Positions 56,223-64,000 of a DNA stretch of 64,000 nucleotides are shown here, piece by piece. Both the position numbers and the translations under genes were made by a program. The DNA is from Klebsiella pneumoniae. Its GTDB lineage: Bacteria; Pseudomonadota; Gammaproteobacteria; Eutrophobiales; Eutrophobiaceae. The stretch spans positions 6,559-70,558 of the forward strand of contig CAMDWI010000010.1 of assembly GCA_945878555.1 (NCBI GenBank). The letters are read 5' to 3'. Position 1 is the first letter of the stretch. Every line of letters begins with the position of its first letter. The notes under the pieces are model-generated. The model saw only the letters and a program-made list of their open reading frames with translations, was not told where the DNA came from and did not search any database.

Positions 56223-58655
56223 GTGAGATTACGCCTTACTTTATTAGGCCTTTATTCTGTATTTTCCGTGGCAGGGGTGCAGGCGCAGGAGACACCAGCG
56301 GCTGAAAATTCGATTGCTTCATACCGTTCTGTTATGGATCGTTATTGTGTTACCTGTCATAACGAAACCCTTAAAACGGCAAACCTGATGCTCGACAAGG
56401 CCGATATAAACGACCTGAATGTTGAGCCGATGGTGTGGGAGAAGGTGTTGCTTAAAATGCAGACACGTTCCATGCCGCCGGTCGGTATGCCCAGGCCAGA
56501 TGAGTCGTTTTATATCGGATTTGGTGAACATCTTGAACGTGAACTTGATCTGGCCAATCAGGCTGATCCAAACCCAGGCAAGACTGTCTCTGCCCATCGT
56601 CTGAACCGTACTGAATATACCAATGTAATCCGCGACCTGCTGGCAGTTGATGTTGATGGTGCCTCTATGCTTCCTCCGGACAATTCGGGTGGTTTTGATA
56701 ACCTTGGCGATCTGTTATCGGTATCACAGGTGCTTATGGAGAAGTATATGGCTGCGGCACGGCAGGTCAGCCGTCTTGCTGTAGGTGACCCGACAATCGA
56801 CACGGACGTACATGAATACGTCGTATCCCCGTTCCTGCTCCAGAACGAACGGATGAATGAAGATCTGCCGTTTGGTACTCGAGGTGGTATAGCTGTAAAC
56901 CACCTGTTCCCGCTTGAAGGTGAATATGAGCTGAATGTTCGGCTGCTGCGTACCGATGGCACCGGTCTGGTCATAGGTATCGATGAACCACATCAGCTGG
57001 ATGTACGTGTAGATGGTAAGCGAGTTCAGTTGTTAACCGTAGGTGGTAAAAACGTAGCTCTTGCAATGGGTGCAGGGCGTGCAGACAAGACCCCGCCGGT
57101 ATTTGAGCAGGCCCAGTATGAACGTACGGCTGATGATGTGCTGAAAGTGCGATTCCCGGTCAGCGCAGGGGCGAAGTCGGTACAGGTAGCATTTCTGGAA
57201 GAGAATTTCGCCTGGGAAGGCCAGATACCCCAGCGTTCATATGATAGCTACATGAAATCCAGAATGGAGAATGATTACCAGCGCGCATGGACCGAACCTT
57301 CGGTCTCGAGCGTCACCATCACCGGGCCGTTTAATGTCAAAGGTGCCGGAAATACTGCGAGTAGGGAAAAAGTATTTATCTGTAACCCCAAAACCAGTAA
57401 AGCCGAGTCGGCGTGTGCAGAAAAAATAATCGCCAACCTGGCACGCAAGGCATTTCGCCGTCCGGTCAAGGATGCCGATATCAAACCGCTGATCTCGTTA
57501 TATGAACAGGGTGCCAAAGAGGGTGGTTCGTTTGAGTCAGGGGTACAGATGGCAATTGAAGGTCTGCTCGTCAGTACGGAGTTTCTGTTCCGTATCGAGC
57601 GTGAGCCTGCCAATGTAGCAGCCAACCAGAATTATGAGTTGAGTGACATCGAACTTGCATCACGATTGTCATTTTTCCTCTGGAGCAGTATCCCTGATGA
57701 AGAATTGCTGAAGGTCGCCGAGCAGGGCAAGCTTGGCAAGCCGGCGGTTCTGGACCAACAGGTCAAGAGAATGCTTGCTGATGAGCGTTCTACAACACTG
57801 GTAAGTAATTTTGCCGAACAGTGGCTGCTGTTGCGTAACCTGCCGCATACGGAAAAGAACCAGGAAATCTTCCCACAGTTTGACGAAAACCTGCGTAAGG
57901 ACTTCCAGAAAGAGACGGAGTTGTTCCTTGGCAGTATCTTCCGCGATGATCGTTCGATACTCGACTTGTTCAGGGCAGATTACAAGTACCTGAACGAAAG
58001 GCTGGCTCGCCATTACGATATCCCGGATGTCTATGGTAATCGTTTTCGCCGCGTATCTGTCTCGGATATAAATAAACAGGGGCTTTTAGCACAGGGTGCT
58101 GTACTCGCGATCACCTCCTATCCAAACCGCACCTCGCCGGTATTACGAGGAAAATGGGTTCTGGAGAATATTATGGCAGCGCCGCCACCGCCGCCACCGA
58201 CTGTGATACCACCACTACAGGAATCTGATGACAAGGGTAAGGTTATGTCGATGCGTCAGGCAATGGAGAAGCATCGCGCCAATCCGGTATGTGCAGTGTG
58301 CCACAATCGTATGGATCCTATAGGATTTGGTCTGGAGAATTTCAATCCGATAGGCCAGTGGCGTACCGAAGATGCCGGTAGCCCGATAGACTCGTCTGGT
58401 ATGCTACCAGACGGAACCAAGTTCCAGGGGCCAGCAGAATTGCAGAAGGCATTGTTGAACCAGTCTTCGGTCATAGCGAGTGCATTTACCCAAAAACTGC
58501 TGACCTATGCATTGGGGCGTGATATAGCCTATTACGATATGACATCAGTGCGCAAAATTGTGCACGAGTCCAAAGCGAGTGATTACAGGTTTTCATCAAT
58601 AGTTACCGGAATTGTTAACAGTTTACCATTTCAGATGAGGAGGACGGGCTCATGA
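56223..58655 (+). CDS. Large secreted multi-DUF protein with an N-terminal CxxCH (Planctomycete-type DUF1595/DUF1587/DUF1592/DUF1588/DUF1585-like; alternatively PSCyt/DUF1549/DUF1553-like)
   Basis: ORF 56154 (GTG)..58655. I prefer the GTG at 56223 with GGAGG 8 nt upstream, which gives the signal peptide (M)RLRLTLLGLYSVFSVAGVQAQE. The N-terminus has the heme-like motif DRYCVTCHNETLK. The block HRLNRTEYTNVIRDLL is, as far as I recall, the hallmark of these Planctomycete-type families. The family name is from memory. Confidence 0.7.
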   Translation: MRLRLTLLGLYSVFSVAGVQAQETPAAENSIASYRSVMDRYCVTCHNETLKTANLMLDKADINDLNVEPMVWEKVLLKMQTRSMPPVGMPRPDESFYIGFGEHLERELDLANQADPNPGKTVSAHRLNRTEYTNVIRDLLAVDVDGASMLPPDNSGGFDNLGDLLSVSQVLMEKYMAAARQVSRLAVGDPTIDTDVHEYVVSPFLLQNERMNEDLPFGTRGGIAVNHLFPLEGEYELNVRLLRTDGTGLVIGIDEPHQLDVRVDGKRVQLLTVGGKNVALAMGAGRADKTPPVFEQAQYERTADDVLKVRFPVSAGAKSVQVAFLEENFAWEGQIPQRSYDSYMKSRMENDYQRAWTEPSVSSVTITGPFNVKGAGNTASREKVFICNPKTSKAESACAEKIIANLARKAFRRPVKDADIKPLISLYEQGAKEGGSFESGVQMAIEGLLVSTEFLFRIEREPANVAANQNYELSDIELASRLSFFLWSSIPDEELLKVAEQGKLGKPAVLDQQVKRMLADERSTTLVSNFAEQWLLLRNLPHTEKNQEIFPQFDENLRKDFQKETELFLGSIFRDDRSILDLFRADYKYLNERLARHYDIPDVYGNRFRRVSVSDINKQGLLAQGAVLAITSYPNRTSPVLRGKWVLENIMAAPPPPPPTVIPPLQESDDKGKVMSMRQAMEKHRANPVCAVCHNRMDPIGFGLENFNPIGQWRTEDAGSPIDSSGMLPDGTKFQGPAELQKALLNQSSVIASAFTQKLLTYALGRDIAYYDMTSVRKIVHESKASDYRFSSIVTGIVNSLPFQMRRTGS

Positions 58656-59986
58656 TAATTTTCAAAAAGGCGATACCCAGGCGTACATTTTTGCGTGGTT
58701 TGAGTGCCTCGGTCGCATTACCGATGTTGAGCGCAATGGTACCGGCACTGGCGAATCCGAACGATCCTGCCAGCAAGATGCCGATTCGTGTTGGATACGT
58801 ATATACACCGAATGGCATAATCCGTGACAGGTGGACGCCTAAGGTCGCGGGCGCCAATTATGAAATGACCGACATCCTGAAACAGTGGGAGCCGTTCCGT
58901 GACCAGATGCTGGTACTCAGCCATATGGATAACGGTGCTTCCGAGAGCGTCAGCGGACACTCGGGTGGAAGTTCGATGTTCCTGACCGGTATCGAGCCGA
59001 ACAAGTCATTAAGCGAAGTTCGATGCGGAATTTCAGTGGATCAGGTTATTGCAGCCGAATTCGGCAAGCACACACCGCTTTCCTCGTTACAGGTTTGTAT
59101 CGAGAATGCTGCAGAACTTGCTGGCCAGTCTGCTGCCGGGTATAGCTCGGCTTATACCAACACCATATCCTGGGCCAGCCCGACTACCCCATTGCCGATG
59201 GAACATCGTCCTCGTGAAGTTTTCGAGCGTTTGTTTGGTGATGGTGGTACTGATCCTGCGGCCCGCCAGAGCCGTTTGAGCAGACAGCGCAGTATTCTCG
59301 ACTTTGTTCGAGAGGATATGGCAAGGGTAAACAAGACACTCGGGATGGAAGACAGCGCCAAGTTGAGTGAATATCTTGATGCAGTTCGTGGCGTGGAATT
59401 CCAGATTCAGAAGGCAGAAGCAAAAACAGATATGGAGTTGCCAGAAATGAATCGTCCAGTGGGTATCCCTGCCCATGGGGATCATCTCAAGTTAATGTAT
59501 GACCTGTTATTACTGGCGTACCAGACCGATATGACCCGGGTATTTACCTTTATGGTGGCCCGTGAATACAGTGAAATGGTATTTACCCATCTCGGTCACA
59601 AAGACCCCTACCATCCGCTGACACACCATCGCGGTGATCCGGTCAGGAAACGCCAGGCTGGTGAAATTGATGTATACCACGCCTCATTGTTTGGCGAGTT
59701 CCTGGGCAAACTGAAGGCAGCCAAGGATGCAGACGGTTCCTCAATGCTGGATAACTCGCTTCTGGTTTACGGTGCGGGAATGGGTGATGGTGACGTACAC
59801 AGCCAGTGGAACATACCAGTTGCGTTAATCGGTGGCGCTGGCGGCATAAAGGGTGGGCGTCATATAGCTTACAAGCAGGGTACACCGATGTGTAATCTGC
59901 ATGTGACTATGCTGAACAAACTGGGCATGCCTACAGAGACGTTCGGGAAGTCTTCCGGAGAGCTTGATCTGAGCCTTTCCGCATAA
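58652..59986 (+). CDS. Tat-signal protein, DUF1552-like (HxxSHH-family; alternatively DUF1501), partner of the upstream multi-DUF protein
   Basis: ATGA overlap with the upstream stop. The N-terminus IPRRTFLRGLSASVALPMLSAM is a twin-arginine motif with the LPxLxAM pattern I associate with DUF1552. The internal motif YHPLTHHRGDP resembles the DUF1552 HxxSHH motif. 444 aa. Confidence 0.65.
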   Translation: MIIFKKAIPRRTFLRGLSASVALPMLSAMVPALANPNDPASKMPIRVGYVYTPNGIIRDRWTPKVAGANYEMTDILKQWEPFRDQMLVLSHMDNGASESVSGHSGGSSMFLTGIEPNKSLSEVRCGISVDQVIAAEFGKHTPLSSLQVCIENAAELAGQSAAGYSSAYTNTISWASPTTPLPMEHRPREVFERLFGDGGTDPAARQSRLSRQRSILDFVREDMARVNKTLGMEDSAKLSEYLDAVRGVEFQIQKAEAKTDMELPEMNRPVGIPAHGDHLKLMYDLLLLAYQTDMTRVFTFMVAREYSEMVFTHLGHKDPYHPLTHHRGDPVRKRQAGEIDVYHASLFGEFLGKLKAAKDADGSSMLDNSLLVYGAGMGDGDVHSQWNIPVALIGGAGGIKGGRHIAYKQGTPMCNLHVTMLNKLGMPTETFGKSSGELDLSLSA

Positions 59987-60012
59987 CAGTAGATATTTAA
60001 AGAGGTTATTAG

Positions 60013-61833
60013 ATGAGCATGAAGGGGAAACGTTTGTCCGGTTGGGTGGCTCCATTACTCGTACTGTGTTCAGCAGCCAGTCTGGCTGCTGAACCTGATT
60101 ACCGCCTGGTTGAATCTGCGCGAAATCAGAACTGGCAGCAGGTGCAGGAACTAATCAAGGACAAGGCAGATGCAAGGTCTGCGCAACCAGACGGGGCGAC
60201 AGCGTTGGCCTGGGCTGTTTATTGGGATAATCTTGAAACAGTTAACCAGTTGATTGCAGCTGGCGCGGATGTGAATGCTGCGAATGACTATGGTGTAACT
60301 CCGTTGAATCTCGCTTGCAAGAACCGCAACCCCCAGATCGTGAAGGCCTTGCTAGAGGCGAAGGCAGATCCGAATATTGCGCTCTGGAGTGGTGAGACAC
60401 CGCTGATGACGGCTGCACGTACAGGCGTTGTCGAGGTTGCACAGTTGTTACTGGAACATGGTGCCAATATCAATGTTCAGGAACCAAAGCGTGGCCAGAC
60501 CGCATTAATGTGGGCTATCTCTTTCCGAAATCCGGAAGTGGCGAAGTTGTTGATTGATAAAGGTGCAGATGTTGCGCTCAAGACCAGAAAATATCAGGAA
60601 GCAGGTTACGCACCTATGGTGCTGGAGGCCTATGCTGGAAATGTTGAAGGCACTCCCCAGGGTGGTTATACCGCATTGATGTTTGCTGCCCGTGTAGGAG
60701 ATATGGAAACCAGTAAGTTATTGCTGGCGCATGGCGCAGTCATTAATGAATCCTCCGTTGAAGAGGGCCCGGCGCTGGTTATTGCCAGTGCGGGAGGATT
60801 TGAAGACCTTGCCTTGTATCTGCTTGAACAAGGTGCGGATCCCAAGAGTGCTGATAGTAATGGCATGACCTCTTTGCACTATACAATGCGAGATGGTCTC
60901 AAGCTGTTACACGGATATGAGATTGTCGCCGCCACCAGGGTATGTGGATATGCGGCTGATTCCCGTTGTAAACCGATTGAGACAGTTAGTCCGGAAGAAC
61001 TAGAGAAAGCAAATACACCAGGTTCAGGTCTGTATATCGTTGAAGGTACGGTAGACACGAATAATAATAACGACGGTGAAAGTATGACCGACGAAATTTT
61101 ACCTGGTGGCAATATGTATGAACTGGCAGAGGCCTTGCTGGCAAAAGGAGCAGACCCGGATGCGGAGATGAAGTATCCACCTTCCAGGTTACGTATGGAC
61201 AGTTTGCCCTGGCTAAATCTGGAAGGTGCTACACCTTTCTTTCTGGCGACAGCATCACTGGATACCTCTGCAATGGAGATGTTGCTGGAACACGGTGCAA
61301 AACCATTGGTTTCAACCAGACCCAATCCCGCCGTGCTGGAAAAACAGACGAAGGTCTACGCTGACGATAACCAGATTCTGGGTAACGGTTCTTCATTGAT
61401 GGTAGCTGTAGGTCTGGGTAAGAAGAATGACTTTACTCCTACGGAAGAGAAGAGTGCGCTTGATAGTGCCAAACGACTGGTTGCCCTGGGCGCAGATGTT
61501 AATGAAGCCACGGCTACGGGCTGGACAGCATTACATGCCGCTGCCTTTGTGGGTGCAAATTCGCTGGTCAGTTATCTGGTGGATCAGGGTGCAAAGGTCA
61601 ATGTTCAGACCGGTTGTGGACGCACACCATTAAGCCTTGCGCTGGGAGTAAGCGTAATTGGTCTGCTTGACCGTACTGTGCCGCATGAGTCTACAGCAGA
61701 CTTGTTAAAGTCGCTCGGGGCCGACGATGCAAAGGCCTCTGCGCCTGCTGGACAATGTGTGCTTGGCCGAGGTGGTCTGGAAGTTGATATCGAGTTGAAG
61801 AAGCAGATTGAGCAGGCCAAGAGCCAGCTTTGA
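60013..61833 (+). CDS. Secreted ankyrin-repeat protein
   Basis: RBS AAGAGG. Signal peptide MSMKGKRLSGWVAPLLVLCSAASLAA. There are at least 8 ankyrin-type repeats (e.g. GATALAWAVYWDNLETVNQLIAAGADVNAANDYGVTPLNLACKNRNPQIVKALLEAKADPN) with a non-repeat insert around residues 290-370. Confidence 0.8.
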   Translation: MSMKGKRLSGWVAPLLVLCSAASLAAEPDYRLVESARNQNWQQVQELIKDKADARSAQPDGATALAWAVYWDNLETVNQLIAAGADVNAANDYGVTPLNLACKNRNPQIVKALLEAKADPNIALWSGETPLMTAARTGVVEVAQLLLEHGANINVQEPKRGQTALMWAISFRNPEVAKLLIDKGADVALKTRKYQEAGYAPMVLEAYAGNVEGTPQGGYTALMFAARVGDMETSKLLLAHGAVINESSVEEGPALVIASAGGFEDLALYLLEQGADPKSADSNGMTSLHYTMRDGLKLLHGYEIVAATRVCGYAADSRCKPIETVSPEELEKANTPGSGLYIVEGTVDTNNNNDGESMTDEILPGGNMYELAEALLAKGADPDAEMKYPPSRLRMDSLPWLNLEGATPFFLATASLDTSAMEMLLEHGAKPLVSTRPNPAVLEKQTKVYADDNQILGNGSSLMVAVGLGKKNDFTPTEEKSALDSAKRLVALGADVNEATATGWTALHAAAFVGANSLVSYLVDQGAKVNVQTGCGRTPLSLALGVSVIGLLDRTVPHESTADLLKSLGADDAKASAPAGQCVLGRGGLEVDIELKKQIEQAKSQL

Positions 61834-61874
61834 TTTTACTCTCGTCAGCAGTCCATCAGGACTGATTGAGAAAA

Positions 61875-61899
61875 GGCACCCGGTGGGTGCCTTTTTTTT
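61875..61899 (+). terminator. Rho-independent terminator (GGCACCC-ggt-GGGTGCC + T8)
   Basis: Read from the sequence 40 nt after the ankyrin-gene stop. Confidence 0.8.
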
Positions 61900-62023
61900 C
61901 CCAGGAAGTATTACGGGGGTAAATTGACTGTAACGGTATGAATGATATATGTTTGGAAAGTATCTGCAGGCTGTACAAGGCGCGACACAGGTTATGATTT
62001 AAATACATGCAGGAGCGGGGGCA

Positions 62024-64000
62024 TTGAACAGGTTTTTCACCACAATCATCACCGGTATTGCCGGCGGCGTATTAATTGTTGCATCCGGAACGAGTCAGGC
62101 ACAACAGGCCTCTCCCTATCGTGCGTTACTCGACAAATATTGCGTAAGTTGTCATAACGAAACCCTGAAGACCGCAGGCCTGATGCTGGATAAGGTGAAC
62201 GTGGATGATATCAGCCAGAATCCACAAGTCTGGGAGCGCGTGATTATGAAGCTGACATTACGCGCCATGCCACCTGTAGGTATACCTGTTCGTCCTTCCG
62301 AGGATGAATATGACTCCATGCTCACCTATCTTCAATCCGGCCTCGATCATCTGGCTGAAGAGAATCCGGAGCCAGGCCGTGTGACCGTACACAGGCTGAA
62401 CCGGACAGAATATGCAAATGCCATCCGTGATCTGTTGGATATGCAGGTAGATACCACAAAGATGTTGCCCCCTGACAATATTGGTCAGGGGTTTGACAAT
62501 ATTGCAGAAGTACTCGCGGTGTCGCCGCTGCTTATGGAACAGTACATGTTTGCCGCAGGCAGGATCAGCCGTCTTGCCGTCGGACCTGCGGAAATGCAGC
62601 CCGCCAGTGAAACCTACAATATACCTGATACGTTCCGACAGGATGCCTATATGGGTGAGGACCTTCCATTTGGTTCCAGAGGAGGTTCGGTCATCCGCCA
62701 TCACTTCCCGATGGATGGTGAATATACCGTTAGCATCAAAATGCACAGAAGCATGGAAGGTTATATCCGCGGGATACAAAACGAACACAAGCTCGATGTG
62801 CGTTTGAATGATCAGCGTATTGGTATGATGAGTATAGGTGGCAAATTTATTGCCCGTTCAGGTCCCTTGTTCAATGAAAGCCAGAACCCGCAGTACGCAG
62901 GTGACCCCGAGCAGACTGGTTATGAATTTACGGCGGATGAAGAACTGGTATTGAAATTTCCGGCCAGCGCAGGTACCCATACACTGGGCGTTACATTTGT
63001 AGATGAATCAGTCAAACCGACCGGGATTATGACACCAGCATTGCTGTTACCCGATATTGGCCATTACAAGGGGGGTAATCCAGCGGTTGCCAGCGTTACT
63101 GTCAGCGGTCCCTATCAGGTCAAGGGTCCCGGTGATACACCGAGCCGTAACAGGATATTTACTTGCAAACCCGGGTCCACTGCCCCGGACAAGGACAAGC
63201 AGGCCTGTGCACATAGCATACTCGCAATGTTGGCGCGTCAGGCCTATCGTCGACCGGTAAATGATGAAGACATGGCTGATCTGATGTCACTATACAATAC
63301 CGGGGCGAACGAAAAGGGTTTTGAAAGCGGAATTGAACTGGCCTTGCAAAGTATTCTTGCCGGTCCCGAATTCCTGTTCCGGGTTGCGCAGGACCCAGCT
63401 GGTGTGACTGCAGGTACAGTTTATCCAATCAGTGATATTGAGCTGGCTTCCAGACTTTCATTTTTCCTGTGGAGTACCATCCCGGATAAAGAATTACTGG
63501 ATCTGGCTGAGCAGGGCAAGTTGCGTGAGCCGGGTATCCTCGAGGAACAAATTCGCCGGATGATGGCAGATACCCGCTCGGGTGCCTTGATAGATAATTT
63601 CGGAGAACAGTGGCTGGTGTTGCGTAATGTGGATATCGCTGCGCCACATCCGAATATCTTCCCTGAGTTTGATAATGAACTACGAGAGGCGTTCAAACAG
63701 GAAACCCGATTGTGGTTTGAAAGCATGATTCGCGAGGATCATAGTATTCTGGAGATGCTTACCTCGAACTATACATACGTGAATGAGCGTCTCGCGCGTC
63801 ATTACGGTATTCCTGACATATATGGCAGCCGGTTCCGTCGCATAAGTCTGGATGGTCTGGAAGAGCGCAAGGGATTGCTGGGCAAGGGCAGTCTGTTGCT
63901 GGCCACCTCGTATAACAACCGGACTTCACCGGTTTTGCGCGGCAAATGGGTACTGGAAAATCTGCTGGATATGCCACCACCGCCGCCGCCTGAAAATGTC
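62024..64000 (+). CDS. Second copy of the large CxxCH multi-DUF protein (paralog of 56223-58655); 3' end beyond the window
   Basis: The frame is open from the stop at 62000-62002 to the window end. I propose the TTG start at 62024 with AGGAG 8 nt upstream; the signal peptide is ...FFTTIITGIAGGVLIVASGTSQAQQ. The translation is collinear with 56223-58655 (LLDKYCVSCHNETLKTAGLMLDK...; HRLNRTEYANAIRDLL...; SFFLWSTIPDKELLDLAEQGKL...). Confidence 0.7.
   Translation, partial: MNRFFTTIITGIAGGVLIVASGTSQAQQASPYRALLDKYCVSCHNETLKTAGLMLDKVNVDDISQNPQVWERVIMKLTLRAMPPVGIPVRPSEDEYDSMLTYLQSGLDHLAEENPEPGRVTVHRLNRTEYANAIRDLLDMQVDTTKMLPPDNIGQGFDNIAEVLAVSPLLMEQYMFAAGRISRLAVGPAEMQPASETYNIPDTFRQDAYMGEDLPFGSRGGSVIRHHFPMDGEYTVSIKMHRSMEGYIRGIQNEHKLDVRLNDQRIGMMSIGGKFIARSGPLFNESQNPQYAGDPEQTGYEFTADEELVLKFPASAGTHTLGVTFVDESVKPTGIMTPALLLPDIGHYKGGNPAVASVTVSGPYQVKGPGDTPSRNRIFTCKPGSTAPDKDKQACAHSILAMLARQAYRRPVNDEDMADLMSLYNTGANEKGFESGIELALQSILAGPEFLFRVAQDPAGVTAGTVYPISDIELASRLSFFLWSTIPDKELLDLAEQGKLREPGILEEQIRRMMADTRSGALIDNFGEQWLVLRNVDIAAPHPNIFPEFDNELREAFKQETRLWFESMIREDHSILEMLTSNYTYVNERLARHYGIPDIYGSRFRRISLDGLEERKGLLGKGSLLLATSYNNRTSPVLRGKWVLENLLDMPPPPPPENV

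Noticed and set aside
58652-59986. Calling the 444-aa Tat protein DUF1501
   Set aside because: I first assumed the PSCyt/DUF1549/DUF1553 plus DUF1501 pairing. The HPLTHH motif and the RRTFLRG..LPMLSAM start fit my recollection of DUF1552 (HxxSHH) better, and the partner's LNRTEY block fits the DUF1587-type set. I kept DUF1501 as a stated alternative because I cannot run a Pfam search.

Overview
This 64-kb window looks like a gene-dense (~50% GC) accessory or catabolic region of a Gram-negative bacterium. My guess is a marine Gammaproteobacterium; that is inference from gene content only. I found no rRNA, tRNA, CRISPR array, transposase or integrase, and no recognisable transcriptional regulator. 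Nearly every gene product carries a signal peptide, so the region is aimed at the periplasm and outer membrane. Contents: (1) nadC 3' end. (2) Five paralogous secreted Amidohydro_3-type amidohydrolases: a tandem pair at 492-4764, a convergent pair at 28069-32220 and one at 43718-45934. (3) Three small proteins (4875-5309, 29990-30370, 43270-43644) with a shared Y-[LI]-x-[FV]-D-P-x-T-G-[QK] motif, a low-complexity linker and a C-terminal TM plus basic tail. Each sits next to an amidohydrolase, and this pairing is my best candidate for a previously undescribed system. (4) Two divergent tctC-tctA-tctB tripartite tricarboxylate transporter operons arranged mirror-symmetrically around the central amidohydrolase module. 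(5) Two TonB-dependent receptors. (6) Three bicupin paralogs plus an FAD monooxygenase, a class II aldolase and an FAH-family hydrolase (gentisate-pathway-like). (7) L-asparaginase II, a parvulin PPIase, an alpha/beta hydrolase, a metallo-beta-lactamase-fold protein and an EutA-like ASKHA protein. (8) Two paralogous MoxR-DUF58-VWA (Bat-like) clusters. (9) A cytochrome c plus a CxxCH protein. (10) A Planctomycete-type pair: a large CxxCH multi-DUF protein (DUF1585/87/88/92/95-like) translationally coupled to a Tat-signal DUF1552-like protein, followed by a secreted ankyrin-repeat protein, with a second large-protein copy running off the window end. All family assignments are from motifs read by eye; no database search was possible.
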